Below, in pieces: positions 1 to 9,315 of a stretch of DNA of 64,000 nt. The translations under genes and the position numbers were made by a program. The DNA is from Bacteroidales bacterium (GTDB taxonomy: Bacteria > Bacteroidota > Bacteroidia > Bacteroidales > Lentimicrobiaceae): positions 588 through 64,587 of the forward strand of contig JALHHH010000011.1 of assembly GCA_022837485.1 (NCBI GenBank), in the 5' to 3' direction. The notes below the pieces were generated by a model. That model had not been told where the DNA came from. It worked only from the letters and a program-made list of their open reading frames with translations, and did no database searches. Position 1 is the first letter of the stretch. Each line of letters opens with the position of its first letter.

Positions 1-8
1 GAATTGTA

Positions 9-1481
9 ATGAACCATCGCAACTGGTTCGCATCCGTTGACTTTCCCAGGCAGCTGATGCCGCCCGATTACCACTACCGGAACTGGAACCTGGCATCGCT
101 GAGAGGAAATCTGGAGTTATCCGACGGCTCGCAACTGCTTTACGGAAACATCGGCATCTATCGCACATCAATGGATTTCACCGGAATCACGGACTTTAAC
201 CGGGGGTTCGGAAAAGGGATGGATAAGCGGAAAATCTTCACCATGCTGCAGACTGCGCAGGGAGAGCTGCTTGCCGGAACTCTCTTTGGCCTTTACCGAT
301 ACAATGGTGAAACGATGGCCTGGGAGCAGATGAAGCTTCCGGGAAAACCGCAGAGGGTAGTAAAACTAATACAGAACGATAACCGGATTTATATCCTTAC
401 CCGCTCGCATCTGTACAGTCTTCCCGATGGGGAGGGACTCAGGGGCGCTATTGCGGAAACCTACATTCCACCGGCCGATAACGACGACGGCAAAGCAGGT
501 CTTTTCCGGACGCTATGGATCGTACACAGCGGGGAGATTTTCGGACTGACGGGAAAAATACTTGTTGATCTGATTGGTCTCATCGTGATCTTCTTTGTAC
601 TCAGTGGTTTTTATTATACTTTCCTTCCGGGAATGGCCCGCCGAACCGGGGAAGCCACGCGTAAAAAGCTGAAGCGCATCAATCGCTTCAACATCCGCTG
701 GCACAACAAAATCGGAGTGTATGCGCTGTTTTTTCTGCTGATAACGACCGTTACCGGGATGTTCTTGCGTCCTCCCCTGCTTATCCCCATTGCCGGTTCG
801 CGCGTTGAACCCATCCCGGGTTCGGTGCTGAGCGGGGAAAACCGCTGGAACGATAAATTCAGGGATATGATCATCGACCGGGAAGACAAATCCTTAATCC
901 TTTCAACCAGTGAGGGATTTTACCGGTACCATCCGGAAACCGATTCCCTTGCCCGCGCATTTACCGTGCAGCCCGATGTCAGCGTAATGGGAATCAATGC
1001 CTTCGGATATCTTCCCGACGGTAGTATCATGGTTGGATCATTCAGCGGGATGTACCGATGGTATCCCGAGACAGGAATAGTGCTGGATTATCTGACCGGA
1101 CTGCCGGCAAAAACTCCCGAAAGAGGAAATCCCTTTGGCTCTCTGGCAATTGCCGGAGTCATTACCAGAGACAGCATCCCTGTATCTTTGCTCGAATACG
1201 ATGCAGGATGGATACCTCTGAAACGAGGAAAACAGAAGCCGGAAATGCCTGCAGAAATACGCAAACTGCCGGTTTCGCTTTGGAATTTATCTCTTGAAGT
1301 GCATACCGGACGCATATTCTCAGTAATTTTAGGTGACTTTTACATTCTATACGTCCCTTTGCTGGGCATCACCACCCTGGTAATTCTGATAAGCGGAATA
1401 CTGCTATGGTGGAAGATGCGAAAAAAGAAAAACAAAAAACAAACGGAAGGAGTGAGCAATGAAAATCGTCAGACTGCATGA
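9..1481 (+). CDS. PepSY-associated TM-helix (PiuB-like) membrane protein, possibly 5'-truncated by the window edge
   Basis: 490-aa ORF whose frame stays open back to nt 3. Two hydrophobic helices are each preceded by an H-x-x-G type motif typical of PepSY_TM proteins (WIVHSGEIFGLTGKILVDLIGLIVIFF; LEVHTGRIFSVILGDFYILYVPLLGITTLVILISGILLWW), flanking a large soluble segment. There is no signal peptide or TM at the ATG, so the true start may lie upstream. Confidence 0.55.
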   Translation: MNHRNWFASVDFPRQLMPPDYHYRNWNLASLRGNLELSDGSQLLYGNIGIYRTSMDFTGITDFNRGFGKGMDKRKIFTMLQTAQGELLAGTLFGLYRYNGETMAWEQMKLPGKPQRVVKLIQNDNRIYILTRSHLYSLPDGEGLRGAIAETYIPPADNDDGKAGLFRTLWIVHSGEIFGLTGKILVDLIGLIVIFFVLSGFYYTFLPGMARRTGEATRKKLKRINRFNIRWHNKIGVYALFFLLITTVTGMFLRPPLLIPIAGSRVEPIPGSVLSGENRWNDKFRDMIIDREDKSLILSTSEGFYRYHPETDSLARAFTVQPDVSVMGINAFGYLPDGSIMVGSFSGMYRWYPETGIVLDYLTGLPAKTPERGNPFGSLAIAGVITRDSIPVSLLEYDAGWIPLKRGKQKPEMPAEIRKLPVSLWNLSLEVHTGRIFSVILGDFYILYVPLLGITTLVILISGILLWWKMRKKKNKKQTEGVSNENRQTA

Positions 1482-1767
1482 AGCGCCAAAAGTACCATTT
1501 GATCTGGATGGCCACCGTATTGCCGAATCTTCCTGTGCCGAAATAATTCACCTCTGCCTTAAAGCCGGGGAGAAACTTGAAAAGCACATTAACCCCGTGG
1601 ATGTTTGCTTTTATGTTCTTGAAGGAAAAGCCCTGTTTATTACCGACACCGAACGTATTTTAGTACAGAAGGATCATTGCATTCAGATAGAAGGAGGGAT
1701 AAACCGCGGATTCGACAACATCTCTCTCAGCGATTTTAAAGTACTGGTGATAAAATTCAGGAAGTAA
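1459..1767 (+). CDS. small cupin-fold protein
   Basis: 102-aa beta-rich ORF with a cupin_2-like core (CLKAGEKLEKHINPVDVCFYVLEGKALF...IQIEGG). The ATG overlaps the upstream gene by 23 nt and is preceded by AAGGAG at 1447-1452. Confidence 0.6.
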   Translation: MKIVRLHEAPKVPFDLDGHRIAESSCAEIIHLCLKAGEKLEKHINPVDVCFYVLEGKALFITDTERILVQKDHCIQIEGGINRGFDNISLSDFKVLVIKFRK

Positions 1768-2051
1768 AACGATCCGGGCTTTCCGGATAAATGTTACGAC
1801 TGCCGATTATTACCGGCCGGCATTTGCTGCTTCCATAACCATTTTTTCCTCATTTGTAATACTTGCATCCCGCCGCTGCAGCAACGTGCAGATAATGGTT
1901 CTCTTTATTTTCCTATAATACGTTTCATTGGTAAGCCGTTTCGGATTATTGCTTAATTTTGAAATTGAAGTCGGGAACCCGTTATTGAACAGTCTGCAAA
2001 AAAAACGAAAGAAGTCAGCAGACCCGGAGGGCATCCCAAAAAACATTACCA

Positions 2052-5000
2052 ATGAAACGCTGCCGGGAATATATTCATATCATCCTCACAATTATCTTTT
2101 TCACCAAAATTGTAGGGATTACCGCTCAGCCGGAAGGCAAAAGCAGGGAAGCACATCCGGGCTTCAGCAGCAAGGAAGTCATCCGTTCGGAATGGTTTGC
2201 AGGTGCCCGAAGCAGCCGCGACGGAAGTTTGAAAGCCTATACCCGGGCTCTGCAGGAACATCTGCGTCAGCATACAACGCGCGAAGTGCCGGAGAATTAC
2301 GGATATGCACAATGGCAGCCGCTTGGACCTTCCAGAACAATTCATCCCGTAACGGCACAACTCGGGCTTGTCAGTTCCCTCTGGATAGATACCACCGACT
2401 TTAAAACCCTTTATGCCGGCAGCAATACGGGAGGTATTTTTGTTACCGGCGACGGGGGAGAGAACTGGCGCCCACTGTCCTCCAACACTTTCACTACCGG
2501 GGTACTCTCCATTCACGTTGATCCGCGCAACCATGACCGCATCATTATAGGAACGGGTCATTACGGATTTAACCGTTCTTACGGGATGGGAGTTATGATC
2601 TCCGAGGATGCCGGAGAAACCTGGCGGGAGACAGCTCTTAACAATTCCATCATGTCGCCCTCGTTCATCGTTCAGAAAACGGGAATGCATCCGGTTTCAC
2701 CCGACACCCTGCTGGCGCTTGTAAACGTGGAATTCCGCTCCAGGGGACTGATATACCGCACCACCGATGGCACCGACACATGGGAACCTGTTTTCAGCAA
2801 ACCGAAAGCAGAGCTGTTTCAGCTGGTTTACAAACCCGGTGAGCCAAACACAGTATATGCATGCGGCAATCTGCTTCTCGAAAGCAACGATGCCGGCGCA
2901 ACCTGGACCGACAGAACCCAGGTAATTACCATTGATACCAACTTTACCATCAGCAGACTGGCGCTCAGTATTTCTGCTCAGGATCCCTCGCTGATGCTTG
3001 CCTTTTGCGAGACCTACGACACTACAGGACAAATCGGAGGGACGCGAAAATACCTTTACCGTTCCACGGACGGGGGTGAGTCGTTCCAAAAGCTGGGAAT
3101 TCAGGTTGACCCCTTTTCGGGATACTGGAAAATGCAGCTTGCCATATCTCACGCCGATAACAACGAATTCTACCTGGGCGGAGTCTGGCTTTTTAAGTAC
3201 CGCATCGAAGACGACTCTGCCCGGTACATCGAGTGCAGCGACCATAAGTACCATGTGGATGTGCGCGATCTGCATGTTTTTGCCACCGGAGGACAGGATC
3301 TGTTGTATATGGGAAACGACGGGGGTGTTAGCAGATCGGAAACCGGGGCAGAATCGTGGACCGATATCACCCGTAACGGTATGCAGATTCTGCAGCTGCA
3401 TAACATCACAACCGGCGAAAACAGCGATATGATGTTCGGCGGCCCTCAGGATGCCAACCTCTCGTTTTACAACTTCAAAACCAGAGAGTGGACCAAAAAT
3501 GCGCGGGTATCGGATGCATACGACGGAGCCATCGACCACCAGAATCCAAACAACGTTTACCTTGTAGGGGTACCTCCCAAAATGAACCAGCCGCATCTGT
3601 TTTTGAAAAAATCGGTTGACGGAGGTATAACCTTCGAGATAAAAGGAATCAGCGACAGCACGGAAATCGGCCGCTACGACAAACCCCTTGAGATGGATCC
3701 CACGGATCCTCAGATTCTGTATCTGGGTGTCAGAAACGTCTGGAAATCGACAGACGGAGCCGAGACCTTCACGCGGATCAGCAATTTCCCCGGGGAAGGT
3801 GCCCCCAAACTCATCACAATCAGGGTTGCCCCTTCCAATACAAACGTTATCTACGCTGCGTTCGAAAACCCCGACTGGGGCGAACCCGACAAACCAAAAC
3901 TTTTCGTTACGCCCGACGGAGGCGACCGCTGGTTCGACATCACCCCGAACGGCAACCTTAACCTGAATTATGCCGGAGTCACCGATGTGGCAATTCATCC
4001 TGAAAATCCCGGCAGGATATGGCTTTCTCTTGACCGGCTCTGGCTGAATCGTAAAGTTTACATGAGCAACGACGGTGGTACCACATGGACGAACTTTTCG
4101 GAAGGTCTGCCGAATTTGCCGGTGAATACCATCAAATACGTAAAAGGTGCCGGAATGGATGTTTTATTGGCTGCCACCGATGCAGGAGTTTATTACCGTG
4201 ATGAAAGTCTGAGTCAGTGGGTTCCCTTTGGCACCGGCCTTCCTCTTACCATTGTTGCCGATCTGACCATCAGCTATTCCAGAAAAAAAATTATTGCCGG
4301 CACCTTCGGGCGGGGACTTTGGGAAGCCGACCTGTGCCTGCCCCTGCGCGAGGAGAGTCTGGTGGTGAACCAAACGGAAGACTGGAGCACCGATCGCAAG
4401 GTACTGCAGGATCTTGTTCTGGAAAGAGGCGCTGAACTTACCATACGCGGAAAAGTGGAAATGGGACGCGGAAGAAGCATTACGATATTACCCGGAGCTA
4501 CGCTGAACCTGGAGGGCGGCACGCTGACCAATGAGTGCGCCGGCATGTGGGAAGGCGTCAGACTATACGGAAGTCCCGATTTCAACGACACGGAGACGGG
4601 TCAGGGCCGGCTTAACATCCGCTACGGAGGAACCATCAGCAACGCCATAACGGGTGTTGAATGCCTTGGCTCCGATGCCGGCGGGAACCACATCCCGGGA
4701 ACGGGAGGAGGAATAATCACCGCTTTGAACGCCAGATTTACAAACAACTACCGGGCAGTAGTTTTCAATACAACACAGGGCATCAACCCCTCATCGTTTG
4801 TTCTGACGCGCTTTCAGATCCAGAACATCTATCCCGGGAAGGTTGACGCAGCCGATTTCGTTACCCTCGACCGCGTTCAGGGAATACGATTCAGAAGTTG
4901 CCAGTTCGAAAATACCATTCCAAATTCACAGCTATCGCACTCGTCGCGCGGCACCGGGATAAAGAGCTACAACTCATCGTTTGCCATCGGCCGCTACAAC

Positions 5001-6884
5001 ACGGATTCCATTCCGTTCGGGGTAAATGCCGAGCCAGCATTCCGCATGCTGAGCCGTGGAATTGAAGCAGTGAATTCGTTACCGGGATTCAGCATAAGTG
5101 TGTCAAATGTAAAATTCGACAAAAACCTGACCGGAATGTACGTTTCGGGTGCCGGTTTTGTGAGCGTCGAGAAATCGACATTTGCGCTGTTATCGGGCAA
5201 CTTTGAAACCGACCGGCCTGTATCGGCAGGCATTTACCTGGACAGATGCAAATTATTCCAGTTAAACCGCAACCTATTTACAGGCATGACCGGAAGTGTA
5301 ATGCCTAAATCGAAGTCGGCAGGAATTGTCATCCACGAAAGTGGCACCCTGAACAACCTGATTGCCGGCAACGGATTCAACAACGTTAATTACGGAATTA
5401 TAGCCCAGAACTGCAACCGGAATGAAGAAGGCACACAAGGCCTTAGGGTGCTTTACAACTGGTTTTCGGGCAATGAATACGATGTGTGTGCCACACTTAG
5501 CCGGTTCGACAGCCGCAGCGGGCTTGCCAGGCACCAGGGCAGCAGCGGAACCGGCATTGCCGATGCTGCCGGCAACCGGTTCAGCTACAGCAGGTGGCAT
5601 CGCGACGGCGACATCCACAATGCCGGGAACCGGATTTATTATCATTACGTCTTAAGTCCGGAAGCCACCCAGCGTGCACCAAGGCCGGGTTCGTACGGCA
5701 TCCACAGGATTCCGAATACTACAGCTGTAATGGGAGACAGTACGGCATTACCGGCATTTATGCATGATTTTGAGCTGGACGCAACGGAAGCCTTAAACAA
5801 CTGGACCGGATATGAAACAAATTACAAAGCTGAATTTGAAAGCCGAAAAGATGGCGGAAACTCCGAAGAGCTAATTCAGGAAATTGAAAACCACAGCGGT
5901 CTTGATGCCCCCGGATTCTACAAACGCCTTTATCAGATCTCACCATTCCTTTCGGATGAAAGTCTGCTTTCGCTGACAGGCAATGATAATTTTCCCGGAA
6001 ATCTGCTAGTTGAAATTCTGAAGCGAAATCCTCATTTTCTGCGGATCCCCGGCATCTTCGGTTTACTGCAGGCACGTGAACCGGAGCTCAGAGACTACCT
6101 ATATATTTCACTTGCAGAGGTTTACGGGCAGTTCAGCGATTACGAGAGACTTGAATCCGTTATGGATTATGCCCGTGCTGGACGTGATGCCGTTTTTGCA
6201 GGTATTGCAGGAGAATTTGCCGGAGGGGTTTATCCGGAGGGGTTGCGCCTGCACATGCTGAGCGACGACAGACCCGATTCCCGGCTTGTGGCTGCAGCCC
6301 TAAGTCAGGGAATGGGCAGGACGGCAGAGGCCGCAGAGACGGCCTATGCCGTAGCGCAGGAGTTTCCGGATTACGCTGAAACTAAGGTACTGCCGTTTCT
6401 GGAACTGCTGCGTATAAATGAAGGGTGCTGTTTGCCGGGACTGCCGGCCGGACAGCTAACCGAAGCCGACAGTCTTTTACTGGAGTTGATGTCGCAGGGC
6501 GATTGCCGAGATGCTGGCGCAGGCAATCTGCTCGATTATCTCTCCGGATCTCCGGTATTCGAGGTTTATCTTTTCCCCGGACAGTCCGTTGAGGACACCC
6601 TTCCCCAGATGCCGGTAGTAAACATTGAAGGACGCGGATTAAGGGTATACCCCGTTCCGGCTTCCGATTTCGTGATCATCGACTACTTTGCTGCCGATGC
6701 CGGGGCCGGATGCACGCTGCAGGTATTAAGTCCCGACGGGAGGTTATGCATGGAACTCAGCATGGAGCATCCCTGGAATCAGATGCTTGTAAATACCAGT
6801 AAGTTAAGTGCGGGCGTTTATATGTTTGTATTGCAGGTGAACGGCAAATCGACTGCCCGGCAAAAAGTGATTATAGCCCGTTAA
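2052..6884 (+). CDS. 1610-aa secreted multi-domain protein: Asp-box (BNR/sortilin-type) beta-propeller repeats, beta-helix-like region, unassigned helical region, T9SS C-terminal sorting domain
   Basis: N-terminal signal peptide. About ten SxDxGxTW-like Asp boxes (TGDGGENW, SEDAGETW, TTDGTDTW, SNDAGATW, STDGGESF, SVDGGITF, STDGAETF, TPDGGDRW, SNDGGTTW). C-terminus RVYPVPASDFVIIDY...GVYMFVLQVNGKSTARQKVIIAR fits the T9SS type-A CTD. Confidence 0.8.
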   Translation: MKRCREYIHIILTIIFFTKIVGITAQPEGKSREAHPGFSSKEVIRSEWFAGARSSRDGSLKAYTRALQEHLRQHTTREVPENYGYAQWQPLGPSRTIHPVTAQLGLVSSLWIDTTDFKTLYAGSNTGGIFVTGDGGENWRPLSSNTFTTGVLSIHVDPRNHDRIIIGTGHYGFNRSYGMGVMISEDAGETWRETALNNSIMSPSFIVQKTGMHPVSPDTLLALVNVEFRSRGLIYRTTDGTDTWEPVFSKPKAELFQLVYKPGEPNTVYACGNLLLESNDAGATWTDRTQVITIDTNFTISRLALSISAQDPSLMLAFCETYDTTGQIGGTRKYLYRSTDGGESFQKLGIQVDPFSGYWKMQLAISHADNNEFYLGGVWLFKYRIEDDSARYIECSDHKYHVDVRDLHVFATGGQDLLYMGNDGGVSRSETGAESWTDITRNGMQILQLHNITTGENSDMMFGGPQDANLSFYNFKTREWTKNARVSDAYDGAIDHQNPNNVYLVGVPPKMNQPHLFLKKSVDGGITFEIKGISDSTEIGRYDKPLEMDPTDPQILYLGVRNVWKSTDGAETFTRISNFPGEGAPKLITIRVAPSNTNVIYAAFENPDWGEPDKPKLFVTPDGGDRWFDITPNGNLNLNYAGVTDVAIHPENPGRIWLSLDRLWLNRKVYMSNDGGTTWTNFSEGLPNLPVNTIKYVKGAGMDVLLAATDAGVYYRDESLSQWVPFGTGLPLTIVADLTISYSRKKIIAGTFGRGLWEADLCLPLREESLVVNQTEDWSTDRKVLQDLVLERGAELTIRGKVEMGRGRSITILPGATLNLEGGTLTNECAGMWEGVRLYGSPDFNDTETGQGRLNIRYGGTISNAITGVECLGSDAGGNHIPGTGGGIITALNARFTNNYRAVVFNTTQGINPSSFVLTRFQIQNIYPGKVDAADFVTLDRVQGIRFRSCQFENTIPNSQLSHSSRGTGIKSYNSSFAIGRYNTDSIPFGVNAEPAFRMLSRGIEAVNSLPGFSISVSNVKFDKNLTGMYVSGAGFVSVEKSTFALLSGNFETDRPVSAGIYLDRCKLFQLNRNLFTGMTGSVMPKSKSAGIVIHESGTLNNLIAGNGFNNVNYGIIAQNCNRNEEGTQGLRVLYNWFSGNEYDVCATLSRFDSRSGLARHQGSSGTGIADAAGNRFSYSRWHRDGDIHNAGNRIYYHYVLSPEATQRAPRPGSYGIHRIPNTTAVMGDSTALPAFMHDFELDATEALNNWTGYETNYKAEFESRKDGGNSEELIQEIENHSGLDAPGFYKRLYQISPFLSDESLLSLTGNDNFPGNLLVEILKRNPHFLRIPGIFGLLQAREPELRDYLYISLAEVYGQFSDYERLESVMDYARAGRDAVFAGIAGEFAGGVYPEGLRLHMLSDDRPDSRLVAAALSQGMGRTAEAAETAYAVAQEFPDYAETKVLPFLELLRINEGCCLPGLPAGQLTEADSLLLELMSQGDCRDAGAGNLLDYLSGSPVFEVYLFPGQSVEDTLPQMPVVNIEGRGLRVYPVPASDFVIIDYFAADAGAGCTLQVLSPDGRLCMELSMEHPWNQMLVNTSKLSAGVYMFVLQVNGKSTARQKVIIAR

Positions 6885-7028
6885 TTACCCCCGGACGGGA
6901 ACGGATAATCCGTTTCTGATTATATCCCCCGAAATCCGGTGTACACATTCGGATTATCCTCTTATTTAAAATCAATCTAATTTAGAGTCAAGTTTGTGAA
7001 ACCTATTGCAAAAGCAAGTGGATTGGCT

Positions 7029-7036
7029 TAAATTTG
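7029..7036 (+). promoter_or_regulatory. Bacteroidota -7 box (TAnnTTTG) upstream of nrfH
   Basis: TAAATTTG, 67 nt upstream of the nrfH ATG. Motif match only. Confidence 0.4.
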
Positions 7037-7102
7037 CTATGCAGCGATTAATTAGGTACCCAATTGCCCGAATAGATTCATTGTTTAACCCATTTATAGC
7101 GT

Positions 7103-7690
7103 ATGAAGAAAATACTAAAAATTCTCACGCCACCTGACCGGTGGAAGTTGCCAGTGATTCTGCTGCTTGGGGTTATGGCAGGCATGGTATTGCTGTTATT
7201 CAGGGCATCGAATGCGCACTCATATCTTTCCGATGATCCCGAGACCTGCATCAACTGCCATGTAATGTTTCCCCAGTATGCATCGTGGATGCACAGCAGC
7301 CACAGGGAGACAGCCATTTGCAACGACTGTCACGTACCTCAGGACAATTTCTTCAGGAAGTATCTGTTCAAGGCTCAGGACGGGTTGCGTCATGCAACCA
7401 TTTTCACTGCCCGGGCCGAGCCTCAGGTAATTCGCATTAAGCAGGCAGGCATTAATGTAGTTCAGGAAAACTGCATCCGATGTCATTACAATTTACTGAA
7501 TATGGTAAGTGTGATTCAGGTTACGGGCGAAAACCATAAGGAGGGTCAGGGATTCCGCTGCTGGGACTGTCACCGGGAAACTCCGCACGGATCGGTAAGG
7601 AGTCTGGCCTCTTATCCGCATTCCCTGGTGCCCCAGCTTAAATCGGTTACACCCGACTGGCTGAACAGGTATACAAAAAAGGAAAAATAA
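7103..7690 (+). CDS. nrfH: cytochrome c nitrite reductase small subunit NrfH (membrane tetrahaem quinol dehydrogenase)
   Basis: 195 aa with an N-terminal TM helix and four CxxCH motifs (CINCH, CNDCH, CIRCH, CWDCH). Lies 14 nt upstream of nrfA. Confidence 0.9.
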   Translation: MKKILKILTPPDRWKLPVILLLGVMAGMVLLLFRASNAHSYLSDDPETCINCHVMFPQYASWMHSSHRETAICNDCHVPQDNFFRKYLFKAQDGLRHATIFTARAEPQVIRIKQAGINVVQENCIRCHYNLLNMVSVIQVTGENHKEGQGFRCWDCHRETPHGSVRSLASYPHSLVPQLKSVTPDWLNRYTKKEK

Positions 7691-7704
7691 CAAACACAAC
7701 ACCA

Positions 7705-9177
7705 ATGGAAACAAACACAACCGAAAAGAAACGCAAACCCTGGGTAAACTGGGCATTGTTTATTGCAACGGTCATCGTTGTCTTCCTGCTTGGATTACTG
7801 GCAAATTCAGTAATTGAGCGCAGAAGTGAAGCCAAGCTCTACTTTCAGATGGTATCAGAGATACCCGAATGGGAGCCAAGAAATGAAGTTTGGGGTGAGA
7901 ATTTCCCCAGGGAATTTGAAACCTACCGCAGCACACTCGACACTTCCTTCCGCAGTCCGCACGGCGGAGCCGGTATGATAGACTACCTCGACAAATACCC
8001 GGAACTGGTCGTTATGTGGGCAGGTTACGCATTTTCGAGGGATTACAACCAGGGACGCGGGCATTACTATGCCGTTCAGGACATCCGTCAGACGCTGCGT
8101 ACCGATGTTCCACAGCCCGGAACCTGCTGGACCTGTAAAAGCACCGATGTCCCCAGGGTGATGAACGAAATAGGGGTTGAAAATTTCTATGCCGCCAAAT
8201 GGTCAGACCTCGGTCATCAGATCGTAAACAACATCGGTTGTCAGGATTGCCACGATCCCAAAACCATGAACCTGAGGATTACCCGACCGGCACTCATAGA
8301 GGCTTTTCAGCGTCAGGGCAAGGACATAAACAACGCTACCCACCAGGAGATGCGTTCGCTTGTTTGCGCTCAGTGCCACGTAGAATACTACTTCAAAGGC
8401 GAAGGCAAATACCTGACTTTCCCGTGGGACAAAGGATTTAGTGCCGATGAAATGGAAGCTTACTACGATGAAATCGAACACGTTGACTGGGTTCACAACC
8501 TCAGCAAAACGCCAATGCTCAAAGCTCAGCACCCCGACTACGAACTGTATCGCACCGGTATACATGCCGACCGCGGCGTAGCCTGTGCCGACTGCCACAT
8601 GCCCTACAAGCGCGACGGCGGAATGAAATTTACAGATCATAAGATTCAGAGTCCGCTGGCCAACATCTCCGGATCCTGTCAGGTATGCCATCGCGAAAGC
8701 GAAGAAAAACTGCTGGCAAACGTACTCGACCGTCAGCACAAAATTGAGGAACTCCGGAGAATTACCGAGAAGAACCTTGCACGCGTGCATATGGAAGCCA
8801 AAGTTGCCTGGGACAACGGAGCTACGGAAGATGAAATGAAACCTGTACTTCAGCTCATCCGTCACGCACAGTGGCGCTGGGACTGGGTAGCTGCCGCCAA
8901 TGCCGTTGGATTCCACTCACCGGCTGAAGCTCTTCGCGTACTTGGTACATCCATTCAGAAATCGCAGGAAGCCAGGATTCTACTCACCGAAATCTTTGTA
9001 AAGAAGGGCGTCAAGACACCGGTTGAATTGCCCGACATTACTTCAAAAGAAAAAGCACAGCAGTATATTGGCCTTGACATGGCCGCACTCAAAAAACAAA
9101 AAAGTGAATTTCTTACAAACGTAGTTCCCGAATGGGTAGCCAAAGCTGCCGAACGGGAAGCTGCGATGAATAAATAG
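7705..9177 (+). CDS. nrfA: ammonia-forming cytochrome c nitrite reductase NrfA (pentahaem, c552)
   Basis: 490 aa with the diagnostic active-site CxxCK (CWTCK) plus four CxxCH (CQDCH, CAQCH, CADCH, CQVCH). N-terminal hydrophobic anchor. Confidence 0.95.
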   Translation: METNTTEKKRKPWVNWALFIATVIVVFLLGLLANSVIERRSEAKLYFQMVSEIPEWEPRNEVWGENFPREFETYRSTLDTSFRSPHGGAGMIDYLDKYPELVVMWAGYAFSRDYNQGRGHYYAVQDIRQTLRTDVPQPGTCWTCKSTDVPRVMNEIGVENFYAAKWSDLGHQIVNNIGCQDCHDPKTMNLRITRPALIEAFQRQGKDINNATHQEMRSLVCAQCHVEYYFKGEGKYLTFPWDKGFSADEMEAYYDEIEHVDWVHNLSKTPMLKAQHPDYELYRTGIHADRGVACADCHMPYKRDGGMKFTDHKIQSPLANISGSCQVCHRESEEKLLANVLDRQHKIEELRRITEKNLARVHMEAKVAWDNGATEDEMKPVLQLIRHAQWRWDWVAAANAVGFHSPAEALRVLGTSIQKSQEARILLTEIFVKKGVKTPVELPDITSKEKAQQYIGLDMAALKKQKSEFLTNVVPEWVAKAAEREAAMNK

Positions 9178-9197
9178 CACCTTCACACACACACCCA

Positions 9198-9231
9198 ATC
9201 CCGGATTCAAGGCGAGTCCGGGATTTTTTTA
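9198..9231 (+). terminator. intrinsic terminator after nrfA
   Basis: ATCCCGGA (9198-9205) / TCCGGGAT (9217-9224) form an 8-bp stem followed by T7. Confidence 0.7.
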
Positions 9232-9288
9232 TGCAGGAAACCGGCTTCCAAACCTTATACAATTACGTCTGTCAACAGCCGAAAATAC

Positions 9289-9296
9289 TATTTTTG
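9289..9296 (+). promoter_or_regulatory. -7 box upstream of lplA
   Basis: TATTTTTG, 20 nt upstream of the ATG and downstream of the nrfA terminator. Confidence 0.45.
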
Positions 9297-9315
9297 CATT
9301 CCTAAAACCGTTCCC

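Noticed and set aside
9185-9196. (CA)n microsatellite-like run (cacacacacacc) after nrfA, plus a general look for CRISPR or tandem arrays.
   Set aside because: It is only ~5 dinucleotide units, sitting in the spacer before a terminator. No repeat-spacer architecture or longer tandem array exists anywhere in the window.
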